From contig NC_068981.1 of the NCBI RefSeq assembly GCF_001194135.2, forward strand, positions 166,215,181 to 166,279,180: a stretch of 64,000 nt of DNA, given 5' to 3'. The notes under the pieces were generated by a model. It had not been told where the DNA came from and did not search any database. It worked only from the letters and a program-made list of their open reading frames with translations. Both the position numbers and the translations under genes were made by a program. Origin of the DNA: Octopus bimaculoides. Its lineage: Eukaryota. Each line of letters begins with the position of its first letter. The first letter of the stretch is position 1. Positions 1-11,982 of the stretch are shown here, piece by piece.

Positions 1-369
1 TGGCGTTCCGTATTCATTGAATTGAACAGGCTTCCAGATTCCCTTGGCGATGCCTTCTTCGTAACCTTTGGCCAGGTCATCACGAAGAGCAAATGGGACC
101 GGACGTGCCTTGTGAAAGACTGGTGTTGCGTCCGATTTGAACTTCACTTCCAGTTCAAAGTTCTTGAGACATCCCAATTCTTGCTTGAAAAGATCTGGAA
201 ATTCATCACACATGTTGTGACAATCTTGCTGCAGGGAAACATAGGGCTCGCTTGAGGTCTTTGGATACATCCCTTCTGCACCTTCCCTCTTAGCTTGGCT
301 GTCTATGCTTTTCAAACCTAGAGCAGTGTCTACGGAAATTCCCAGAGTCTGGATAGCATTCTGCGGAAC
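1..369 (-). mobile_element. Gypsy/Ty3 LTR retrotransposon Pol fragment (protease-RT linker), runs off the window edge
   Basis: Stop-free minus-strand frame ...CDEFPDLFKQELGCLKNFELEVKFKSDATPVFHKARPVPFALRDDLAKGYEEGIAKGIWKPVQFNEYGTP, typical of the Gypsy Pol region just before RT. It abuts a SINE at ~366. Confidence 0.85.
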
Positions 370-699
370 TGGTACTTATTTAATCGACCTTGAAAGGATG
401 AAAAGCAAAGTCGACCTCAGTGGAATTTGAACTCAGAACGTAGAGACAGATGAAAATGGGAGAAAAATATTGAAAAACATTAATACATGTGACAGTGAAA
501 ATTGAGGGTGGTTTGGATGTGCTAGAAACAACAGCCAAATCTCCCTTGAATCGCACACCTTTTCCTCTGAAAAAAAATTTCTTTTTCACCTAAAAGGCTC
601 CCCCCATGGTTTTTAAGTTTTAAAAAATTGGCCTAAATTGGTCCGGAGTGAGATGGTGAGAAATGGGTGGGTGGTGATGCTTTATCTTATTTTATTTTA

Positions 700-1170
700 T
701 TTGGAGTCCTTGGCACTATGCAGTGGCGCCCAGTTCTAGTAGTTGTGTAACTCGATGCCAAAGTTTGGGACAAGTCCTCCCAGGATCTTCCAGACGTATA
801 TTATGGCATATCTTTCTCGCTTACGCTCTAAGGAATAGTCTTAATCTCTTGAGTCTTTCTCAATAACTTATATGCCGCATAGAGGCTACCTTTTTCGTGT
901 AGCTTCGTTGGATTGCCTCAAGTTCTGAGATTAATTTGACACTGGTTGGTGACCATAGCTGAGAGCAATAGTCAAAGTGGCTTAGGACAAGTGTCCTCCA
1001 GAGGACCATTATGGTTTCCTGATCTCTTGTTCTAAAAATTCTAAGAATCCATCCGGTCAGCCGCCTACATTTCATTGCCAATTTAGCAATATGCACATGA
1101 AAGGATGCATCATTACTCATACAAAAATTTTTAAACTTCTTTTTTTCATAAAAAGATGACCCCATCATTN
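700..1170 (-). mobile_element. CR1/L2-type LINE ORF2 C-terminal fragment (frameshifted)
   Basis: GWILRIFRTRD...LWRTLVLSHFDYCSQLWSP...LEAIQRSYTK, then after a frameshift SLERKRERYAIIYVWKILGGLVPNFG. These are post-RT motifs of CR1/L2 elements. The fragment is truncated by an N gap. Confidence 0.85.
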
Positions 1171-2230
1171 NNNNNNNNNNNNNNNNNNNNNNNNNNNNNN
1201 NNNNNNNNNNNNNNNNNNNNNNNNNNNNNNNNNNNNNNNNNNNNNNNNNNNNNNNNNNNNNNNNNNNNNNNNNNNNNNNNNNNNNNNNNNNNNNNNNNNN
1301 NNNNNNNNNNNNNNNNNNNNNNNNNNNNNNNNNNNNNNNNNNNNNNNNNNNNNNNNNNNNNNNNNNNNNNNNNNNNNNNNNNNNNNNNNNNNNNNNNNNN
1401 NNNNNNNNNNNNNNNNNNNNNNNNNNNNNNNNNNNNNNNNNNNNNNNNNNNNNNNNNNNNNNNNNNNNNNNNNNNNNNNNNNNNNNNNNNNNNNNNNNNN
1501 NNNNNNNNNNNNNNNNNNNNNNNNNNNNNNNNNNNNNNNNNNNNNNNNNNNNNNNNNNNNNNNNNNNNNNNNNNNNNNNNNNNNNNNNNNNNNNNNNNNN
1601 GAAAGATATCCATTTTCCTGAAAGTTATGAGGGAAAAAAGTCGGATCGTGTGAATTTGCCGAAACTTCTCTCCCTCAGAAAAATTCTTTCCAATAAATCC
1701 CTATTTACTCTTAATCCACAGCATCTAAGAGGTATTTGTTGAAAATTTCGTTTAAAAGTATCCATATTTCTGTAAGTTACGAAGCAACAAAGTTGGTGGT
1801 GGGGAGGGGTACACATCTGTAGTTATATCCTAAAAAACATCGTTTCTCTTTAAGGAGGAAAAATATTTTTGCTATACGGTGTTTTGTGCTCTTGTACGGT
1901 GTGCTGTGCTCACTGAAGTAATAAATAATTTAATCATAATAGTCCCTAATTAATTTAAAACACATTTGAGGGACTTTATTTTCGAATATATTTGCATCTT
2001 TAAAAACTAATAAATAGTTCGCAAAAAAAAAAAGGAAAATAATTAAATGAAATAACATTTCTAAGAAGGAGGAATGCGAAATAACCAAAAACAAAACAAA
2101 AAGATAGATAGAATTTGTTTGGTGGTGAGGGAATGATAACGATGAGTTTTCTGCTATTGTAAAAACGAAGTAACAGCAGTCGCTGCAAATTCACGGATTC
2201 TGGTTGTTTATGATTGATGCCAGATCAATT

Positions 2231-2325
2231 CAGCCAATGAGCGAACGTTGTTTGTTCACGTGATCGTCTCTTATACAGCCGCGTTTGTTCATACACCAAT
2301 GTGGTGTAGTTCAGTGTCAGTTGTA
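2231..2325 (+). promoter_or_regulatory. Putative core promoter of the SLC44A-like gene
   Basis: AGCCAATGAG (NF-Y consensus, 2232-2241), palindromic E-box TCACGTGA (2256-2263) and two TCAGT Inr-like motifs (~2312-2323). The CCAAT box is ~80 nt upstream of the Inr and 60-150 nt upstream of the ATG, in a locally CpG-rich context. Confidence 0.55.
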
Positions 2326-2379
2326 CAAACTTGACGGAATTATATCTTGTTATATATTTACCTCCTAAGTGAAACAACA

Positions 2380-2437
2380 ATGTGTGGAAACACAGACGAA
2401 GAGGATACAACCGATAGCGGTTATTCATCAAAATTCG
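2380..2437 (+). CDS. SLC44A2-like: Choline transporter-like (SLC44A2/4/5, CTL2-like) coding exon 1 (putative), MCGNTDEEDTTDSGYSSKF(G)
   Basis: ATG at 2380, open to a phase-1 donor TTCG|GTAATT at 2438 that matches the phase-1 acceptor of exon 2. The acidic N-terminus followed by YSSKFG resembles CTL N-termini. It lies in CpG-retaining sequence just downstream of CCAAT/E-box/Inr motifs. The link across a 40 kb intron is inferred. Confidence 0.7.
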
Positions 2438-5400
2438 GTAATTTGAACATTTATTTATGTTTTCTAGTTTTAACTCGTCCATCTAACCCCTTTATATACA
2501 CTTCGAAATCCTACATTTTATTGATGATAGACTTTGAATGAATTGTACTCCTTCAAATTGATAATGATTAGAATCCCAGTTATTTCCTTAAAAAAGACAT
2601 TTTTTCTATTTGTATACCCTAACAAATAACTGATGGGGCCATGAGTTAATGTAGCTCCAAATTAATTGATAGAAAACGTTCATTCATGGCACGCAGGTAG
2701 TTGCCCAAACTACTAGGTGTGATCCTCAGATCTGTTGCTACCATAAACACAGTCTTAATGGAGAACTTTCATCTATGGTGTAAAAATGTAAATTAGAATA
2801 TAATTGCGTATTGTACTTGATTATATTTTATTATTTGTCTCTGCATGTCTTGTTAAGCTTTATTATCACTAATAGAACATCAAGCTAATGTTTTCATTTA
2901 ACTTCAAGATTTTGTTTATTAGCTTATTAATGAAAATTTATTCATTTATTATTGATAGGAATTTAATAATGGTAAAAAAAAAACCAGTTAAATTATTTAT
3001 ATTAGTAATTTACTTGTGCAAAAATAAAAAGCGAGCAAAAATTATAATTACACGTATTTTCACTTTCTGTGAAATTTCAATTTCGAGCAGTGATCTTTAT
3101 CATGCGACGTTTGGTTTCAATATTTTTTCTAACTTAATTTAGTAATTAATCGTACATATGGGTTGTTGCTATTTCATACAGGGAGGCAGGGATTCACTAT
3201 TAAAATCCGATGAAAGTTGTTTTCTTCCATCCTGTCCAACACTTACCGAGCAAACCTACGATAAAAGGTATTTCATTTGCGACCATTTCTTTGTTTTGGG
3301 GGATTTCTTTTTCGGTTGGCGGTCAAATAGGGGCTTGGACAACGTTATCTAATGTGTCCTTCCCTTACTTACTTGGTGGGTGTGATCTAGAGGAGATAGG
3401 CTGCTATTTTAACCAGAGCGACTTCGTAGAAGCTTGCTCGTTGGCTCCTACTTGTAAAAATTTGAAGGAAATAAGTCGTGAAGTAAATGTTGGGAATCAC
3501 CGAATTGTTTACAACATATATAATGTATACCTAGTTAACTAATGAATAAAAATCAGTACATCCACATCTTATTTCTGAGAATTTTGTTGCCTGTTCTGAA
3601 TATATGCTTCACTATTATTGTGGACCGCAACAACTGAGTTACATTCGTAAAACAAAAATAATTTATCCATTTATAAATACCGTATTTTTTAGCTTAATAT
3701 TTTCGAATTAATTTTTAATGGAAGAAAAATTTTTTAATCGTCACATTTCATTACGAGTACGCCTGCCTTGTTGAACATATAAATTAACAATGATTTTTAT
3801 TCTCAGAACCGTATTTGGTTGGTTATGTGTGTGTGTGTGTACAGACACACTTTGATGGGTAGCTTACATTACCCATCACTATGATTTAGAATCTGATGCT
3901 ACAAGTATGTATACAGACTGCCAGACAATGCTGTTCTTCATACATAATTTTGCACATAAGCCCCCTCCCTCCTATGTATGAGGTACACTAGAATATAACT
4001 AGATATACATGTTTATATTGCTTAGGTTTCGCTACCACGAGAGCCGTTCTTATTTTTAAGTAATCCTTTAATACGAACACACACATGTATTGAATGTGTG
4101 GATACTATTTTTTGTTGGGGGATAGGCGTAATATTATCATCCGATTTAATATTCTACCTGGCCCTCGGGTGCATCTAACAGTCTATTATTTTGTTGTAGA
4201 CATTCACTCTAAACATTCAGTGAAAATAGCATAACTTGATGTGCTATTTCATACTTTAGCTTTCTTTGTGAAATGTGACTCTTGGAGGTTACAGGTGGAA
4301 TGATTTTTCCCAGCGGAGGCGCGTCGACAAATGGGACAGGAGTACAATCCCGCATGTAATGTCTCGGTTGGCTACTCGAATCCTCTTTCTCCAGTTCGTG
4401 ACTAATGCTCTTGAGTTTAGAATTTCAGTAGTCCCGTATGCAGATCTAATTACTTGGATCGAAGTAGTGGTTATTGGCAACTTCCCCGTACGCAGCCAAA
4501 ACTAATTGAAATGAAATCTGATAGATAACTATCGGGCACTACTATACACAGATTAATTTACTTTCATTATCGAATACAGTTGGTTTATTAAATACAAACC
4601 TATATTTTGACATATTGATTGCATATGTTCACTTTACAGCGAAAAATGAAATGTAACGCATACACTGACAACTTTAAAAATGCACGATCATTTCTCCAAG
4701 ATTAGTTTTTGCGTTGCCTTCACTCTGAATGTAATAGGTGCCAAATATCTTAGAAGTAAAATCTGAATTAACAAATGGCGAAGCCCTATATCTCACAAAC
4801 AATGAAAGATTTCAATTTGTGATAGAAAATGTGTTGGTAGATATACATCCGTAAATCATTTCCCTCATACATTGTCTGTGACAACATTGACGCGCATACC
4901 TGAAAAGAGTTATTCAATGATACTCTTTCTTCCGGGATGTTTGTAGCCTAGCCTGCGCATTTGGTGGTAGACTTGCTTGATATGCCATCTAGTTTTACAC
5001 TATCACTTGGCAACTTGGGTGTCTTTAGCGGAGCCCTCTCTGTTACAAGCCTTGGAGCCAGGTTTCCAGTTTGGAGATATCTTCTTCCCACTAGTCCTGA
5101 AGGCTCTGTATTGCACTGCCTTCCTCGCTATAAGATTAAAAAAAAAGATATTGTGAAATATCTCTTAAATTTTATGTCATTGAAGTCAGTTAACTGGTTG
5201 GGAATCTTCCAGTTTTGCCAATTATCCTTGCCAGGTAGTGTGCTCCACTTACACAAAACAAGTAAGCGAGAGACTCAAACCATCTTAACTATCCCTTTAT
5301 GTTTTTCAATCAACCGAAACCCATAACTCCAGATGGTTTTCATAGCTGGGCTGCGGCAGTACATAGAACACAACCAAAAACACCTTGAGAAACTCGTGCA

Positions 5401-7742
5401 ACTCTAAACTAGATGGATTTTACCCACTGTTGCAACTCTTGCGAGAGTACCATCCAAAATGTACTGCCATGCATCATATTCTGCAAGTTCTCTTATCTCT
5501 AAAATTGCTGCTGGTCCTTGTGGTTTCTTGCCAAGACAATCTTTATCAATTTTATATTCTCCTACCCTTCACTCCTTAACCAAAATGACTTTCCAAGCAG
5601 TACTCTTGCAGAGAAAGTGTCTATATTTGACAAATTTTCTCCAGAACTTTCCTTTACTTCTACAGTCTCATTCATGCCTTGTAAACATACTCATCAAGTG
5701 CGAAAATCTTACACATGCGTACGTATGTATGTGTGTATGTTCTTTGTTTCGAGATGTTACTCATGCTTTTCATATTGCGAAATAATATACGCCAATCTAC
5801 AAACGGAACATACGGATATAATTCTGCAGTATGAAACTTTGAGTAACAATGTTTCGATTCATGAAAATTCTTTTACATCTTCCCTTGTCAATTTGTCTTG
5901 AAAATAAAACGTGTTGATGCCCAACGTCCCTCCTCCCAGGTTCAGCCTTGACAGTTTTCCTTTTAATGTGAGATCAATACCAATGGCAGATAATCCATGA
6001 GCAATTTTATTTCATTTTCTTTTGTTCTACAAAAAAAATTAAAAAATCAATTTTCAATATGGTGAGGAATCTTTTAAGATCAATCGAAGCATCAATTGAC
6101 ATACATATATATATCATAAAACCAATCGCTATCTGGTTACAAACGTTAATTGAATGCGTGTGTGTACACTCATCCAATATTGTTTATTTCTGTCGTGTTG
6201 TATATACTATTTTCTTGCTGTTGCTATTATGGCAAATACAGATAATTCGCAAAATATATTTTAGATGCATACATTATTTAATCCTTACATCTGTGTCCAC
6301 AGTCCACTTGTACATTATTTCTTAAGTATCAAAATGCAATTATAGATGCAAATGTACCTGGTCATTATTTGAATTAAAAACACTCTGAAAAAGTGAAAAT
6401 ACATTTTAAAGAATCGTCACAATTCATTACTTTCATTTTACAACATTAAAGAGTAATATATGAATCCTTTTGTTATTGAATGCACATTACTTCTCGTTAT
6501 TTTTACTCTGGTGTTTTGCATTGAAACACCCCCTCCCTTATATTCTCATGGTAGATTTATTACTAACGGCATCAAAGGACGGTGAGTTAGCTGATCAGTA
6601 ATCTGTCTCAAAGCTAAGATGATATAGATCCAGGATTGAGATTTCATTTCTCTAGGGTCGTCATAAAGAGTGTTAGGCATGTGCTAAATATGATTCAGTG
6701 AATTGTACCTCTCCCCTAAAAACGTGGGACATTCTAAGCTAGAATGTAAGAAATCGTTATGGTAAACATGGCGTATTTTACATATTTCAATACTTGTTAT
6801 ACTAACTTAAAAGCAAACAGCAGTTTATTTTCGGGCAGTGGCAAACCAGATATATATATATATATATATATACACACCTAATATACTATGTATATACACC
6901 TGCAAATGTTTGTTTCCGTAAGTAGTTGGTTTCAATAGGAAATTCAACTTCAAAAATTGGGTTTTTTCGTTCCATTCATATTTGTCCTCGGAATACATTT
7001 CATGATGTCTGGCTAGCTTGTTGATATAACGAATTCTATAAATATATATCCAGCTGACAACATCGGTCGCCACTCATCTTCTTACCTTCTTGTGTGCGAT
7101 CTGGGTGGGAGAAATAGATATGGTGTGTATATCTGCGCGCGCGTGCGTCTTTCCTGCAAACAAAGAGAAATGAATATAGGAAAACTGAGATCATTTTTAT
7201 CAGCCTTTCTCTACGGAAAAATTAGTCATTGACTGGAATCTTCATTTTCTCACTTTCTCGCTTTCAGATCATTAATGTGAATCTGTTTTCATTCACACTG
7301 GTAATTACGTTTATTTCAAAAGCAAAAGTAGGCTATGTTAATGAGGAATGGGGTGCAATTATTTTGAAAGGAAAAAGAAACCGATCAATAATTAAATTGA
7401 ATGTATAACAGTATTTTATGTTGGAAGGAACCTGGCTTGTCTTTCATGCCAAGTTCTAAAACTTTAAAGGTCTTTACTAACTTGAATATTGAATTAGAGT
7501 AAAATTAGTTATATTTCGTTTTAAGTTTTCAGAAAGTGAAAGAATGAAGTCACCTTTATATAGAAATAAAAATGAAACTGAATTCTGAAGTAGTTATACC
7601 AGTTAAATATTGCTTCTGTACTGACACCAACCGATGCAACAGCAAGTTTCTTTGCTGTGCATTGCTGCCCACCAGTTTAGATAAGCTCTACAAGGCAAAG
7701 CAGTAACACATGAGACCCGGAATCTTGTCTAATACTTTAATA

Positions 7743-7908
7743 AAGGCAGCAAGCTGGCAGAATTGTTACTGCACTGGGCAGTATTTCATCCATCTTTACA
7801 TTCTGGCTTCAAATTCTGCTGAAGTCGACTTTGCCTTTCATCCTTTTGGGGTCGGTAAAATAAGTACCAGTTAAGCACTGAAATTGCTGGCCTTGTGCTA
7901 AAATATGA
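7743..7908 (+). mobile_element. Family A SINE
   Basis: Same core as 23898-24126. Other copies at 366-452(-), 15143-15330(-), ~17050-17200(+), ~22765-22915(-), 35982-36120(-) and ~59655-59790(-). Confidence 0.8.
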
Positions 7909-8139
7909 AATCAATAATGTCCACCTTCAGGCATTCTCATATGGACAGGTTTTTCTATTCACCAAATGCATTAGCTCATTACTGTCCACTGTTGAGTTAT
8001 TATTCATTAATGTTAACAGTACTATCGGGTGTAAATATCCTTTCAATCAGGTCATTAGTGTTAGGTCTTCTACAATTCACATAGGTATGCATGAACAATT
8101 TCGGAAATAAATTACAACAGTTCTTAATAAAGGCATTCT

Positions 8140-8640
8140 TTTAGAATCCCTTTATTTCAGTTACTTTTTGTTCCATGTCAGACTGTGTCTTCCCCAATAG
8201 CAGAGTGGATTTCTGCATTATTTGAAGTAGTTTACAATGTCTCGATAAACAAAGTTTTTTTTTGTTTTTACGTCTGGTGCATAGATGTAAAGATTTTTCT
8301 TCCAACTCTTGAATATTCAATGTAAAGTTGACCATGAGTGAAGTAGGGCTCTTCAAGGTGTAAACCAGCAACCAAAAGTATTTTCCTTTGTGATTTCTTG
8401 ATGATCATGGCAAAACTAAGATTCACTGGAAATTGAAGTTCTTTGAATTGTGAGGGACATCATCTCCTGAGTCTGTGTGATGGAGGCTCCTGCGCTCTTA
8501 TCTAATTGATGCATCCTATGCTTGGGTCTTTCCTGAGAAAGTATGACTGGGGCTTGTGTTTGGCTGTCTCTTGAGTTTGCTACTGATGCTTTGTGATGGT
8601 CTTTCAACTCTGTTGCCCTAATGAAATACCTTACACACAC
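8140..8640 (-). mobile_element. Helitron PIF1-like helicase C-terminal remnant
   Basis: Minus-strand frame PSQFKELQFPVNLSFAMIIKKSQRKILLVAGLHLEEPYFTHGQLYIEYSRVG matches the Helitron/PIF1 terminal motifs QFPVxLxFAMTINKSQG and FxHGQLYVAxSRV. It is preceded by EPPSHRL. Confidence 0.85.
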
Positions 8641-10263
8641 ACTCAATGTAAGTGATATACATGAACAGAGAAAGTGAGTGGTAAATATATATATATATGT
8701 ATATATATGCAACACAGTGGNNNNNNNNNNNNNNNNNNNNNNNNGGGGGGGGGGGGGGAGTTTACAATGAGAAAAGCATAAACGACATAGAGAGAAGGGA
8801 TCTTTTCTGTTGCTATCACAGATTTTGAAATTTTAAAATTAAGTGAAAATGCTCAAATTTGGTATATTGATGCAATCTCAGAGTTGAGTATGGTTGTTCT
8901 CCAGATTTAACTTCCGTCAGCCTATCTGTGACTATATAAGCTAATGCAGGATTCATAAGTTAGTTGCTGATTGAGCATTTGTTGTCTCACAGTGGAAGAG
9001 ACACTGTGTTGGTCACTTTGGACTGCTTTCTACTTTATGTCTATCACTGGGACATTCAGTTCATGCTGTATCGAAGTGTTGAACTCCATCATTGATGATC
9101 TCTCTCCACTTGTTTTGGTTATTCACTGACAGTTCCCTTGCACATTTTGCTGCCATTCTTCTTCAAATTTCCTTTGAATATGTCTTTGACTTGCCTTTTT
9201 TTTTCTTTCCTTATATGCACCATTCAGCTGAGAGTGAAAACAATTGTTTGGACAGCCAAAGGTCTAACATTTGCATAACCTGGCCTGCCCACGGAAACTG
9301 ATGTCACATAATTATGGTTTCAGTTCGGGAAATATTTGCTTACTCTTGTATACTGACTTCCTCAGTCTGTTCTGCACTAGATGTGCAATCTAGATGTACA
9401 CTCAGTCTGCACTAGATCTGCAGGATTTCCCTCACAAATCTCTGGTGGTGTATTTCCAGATTATGGGGCTTTTAATTATAGCTTTTCCTGGTTTAAGACT
9501 CGAGAGAGCCAGCTCAGGCAACTACTTTATCCTAGAAAAGTTTGATGTCTGTTTCACATGGTGGTATACATGTATGTGTGTTTGTATATATCTGTATTTA
9601 AATAGTTGTATGCATATATTCTTTTATTTGTTTCACTCGTTTGACTGTGGCCATGCTGGAGCACTGCCTTTTAGTCAAAGAAATCTACTCCAGGACTTAT
9701 TCTTTGTAAGCCTGGTACTTATTCTATTGGTCTCTTTTGCCGAACCGCTAAGTTACAGGGACGAAAACATACCAACATCGCTTGTCAAACGATGGTGGGG
9801 GGACAAACAAAGACATAAATATATATATATAGACATCGCCGATTCCTATGGATCGCATAAATTGTAATTCTTCGAAACATATGTCGGAATAAAAGTATGC
9901 AGTTATAATATGCGTTTACTCCATTCTTTAAATTTATATATACTCAAATACCCAAAATATCAAGGAGTTTCTACCTCATAAACAGGAGTTGCACCACAGT
10001 TATTTTGTGATCTTTGCTACCCTGGTATCTATTAACCAATTTATTTTATCCGAGTTATTTATTACTAGGAGAAAATAAATACATATAATATAATATATTT
10101 TTATACACACACACACACACACACNNNNNNNNNNCTCACAAGGCTTTGGTTGGGTAGCAGAAGACACCTATCCAAGGTGCTACGCAGTGGGACTGAACCC
10201 AGAAACATGTGGTTGGGAAGTAAGCTTCTTAACACACACCCACGCCTGCACCTGTATATATAT

Positions 10264-10293
10264 ACTCAAATGTTTTTTTTCTCTGAATTTATG

Positions 10294-10337
<44 letters not shown>

Positions 10338-10370
10338 GCACATAAATTCAGAGAAAAAAAACATTTGAGT
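10264..10370. repeat. Near-perfect 107-bp palindrome with an (AT)n centre
   Basis: The 34-bp arms 10264-10297 and 10337-10370 are exact reverse complements. Confidence 0.95.
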
Positions 10371-11079
10371 TTAACCATGAAATAAAAGTTTAGAAGTGTG
10401 TTTATTTTGCAACCTGGTGCAGAATACTGGCCTTTGAATATTGACTTTCTATTTCAATGTAAAGTAAATCTACATTCTTTTATCTTTCCTTTTAATAGGA
10501 AAAAAGGAAGGGAATTGAGTTGCTGTGACTAATCTAAGTTACATGACTAATAACTTTTGTATCATACTTTGTCCTACGACTTACTCTGTTTTTTTCTTTT
10601 TATTCCTTTATTTGTTATTGCATAGATAGTTGCGAGTTAAAAATAGTTACAAGAATTTTCCCATTGCATTAAGTGTCTTACTTTTCTGATCTATAATCAT
10701 TGATATTGAAATTTAATGCTTTTATATATATAGGTAATTATTTTGACTTTGGGTATATGTCTAGTAGTATGCCAATTAGAGTACTTTCACCATTTAGGCT
10801 ACCTGATATTATAACCCTGAAACCATTTCCATCCTCTGTCAGTGTAGCCAACATACTGCAGGTGACCAAAACATGCCAAGCAAAACTCAGTATATGTAGT
10901 GAGGTATCTTACTTAAATGAGACACCTGATAAGACACAGCCTGTATTGATGGATGCAACACAACTAGCTGTACAATATCCCATCTGTAAGGGACAGATGC
11001 AGGATGGGTTGAAATGATCGTGTTGAATAAAGGTTCTTGCTAAATCCATTTTCTGTTTCCCTCGTGTATGTATGTACAT

Positions 11080-11266
11080 GTCAGTGCCACATAAAAAGCA
11101 CCCAGTACACACTGTAAAGTGTTTGGCATTAGGTAGGGCACCTAGCTGTAGAAATTTTACTGAGGCAGACATTGGAGCCTGGTGCAGCTCCCTGGCTGGC
11201 CAATTCCTGTCAAACCATCCAATTCATGCCAGCATGGAAAACGGACATTAAATCATGATGTTGATG
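11080..11266 (+). mobile_element. Diverged RTE 3'-end fragment
   Basis: Homologous to the 3' UTR and tail of 26026-26616. Further diverged minus-strand copies at ~24490-24730, ~26750-26950 and ~42928-43062. Confidence 0.7.
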
Positions 11267-11982
11267 GTGTGTGTGTGTGTGTGTGTACATACACATATTT
11301 ATAACTATATTGTAAATAGATGAGATACAAATTGTATTTTGGAAGGATCATCTTTGGCAGTGATGAACATTATGATTATTATTCACTTTTGTTTTTAGTA
11401 TCAGTCATTTTTTGCCTCACTCCCATGTTCTCTTTCACTTATTTTGTACATACTTGTTTCTTAAAAGTTGCTTTTGGACATTGTCAAGTAGCGAAAAATA
11501 TTAAAAAAAAAAAAACAGACAAATAAGAACAATTATTCTTAAAAACTTTTTTAGCATCTAAGTGGTTAGACTTTTACTTTGTTAGCGCTTGAAGTGATGA
11601 CGAATGGCTCATGACCTCCTTAGAACTTGTTAAGTCTGGATGATGTCAGTGCAACACATTGACTACTATTCCTTTTTTATTCTTGCTTCATATTTATTTC
11701 TAGTTAGCTTTTTAATGATGGATGCAATAAATATGGTGGCACTGAACAGGTGGGGGCTGATAATTTTCACTGTTTTCTGTATCAGGAATAATCACAGTGG
11801 GATCAATTGTGGTGATTAAGGAAATGTTAGGAGTTAGCAATCAAAGGAGATAGTTTTAAATGTTTCAGATTATTAGGTTTCATAGACTGAAGTGCTTACT
11901 TCACTACCGTTTTGAGTGAGTGTGTTTTTAAATAGTAGTAGTTCAATTCTGAACTATTGTCTGGTCTTATCAGAAGACCATG

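Noticed and set aside
3158-3542. + strand ORFs of 64 and 110 aa in the CpG-retaining part of intron 1
   Set aside because: No recognisable domain, no compatible splice phase to exon 2, and the THAP-like C/H pattern is too short.
4289-4505. Overlapping short ORFs and a zinc-finger-like YSCPICRR/TGERGF string on the minus strand
   Set aside because: Stops interrupt the frame, histidine spacing is not C2H2-like, and no splice-compatible exon was found.
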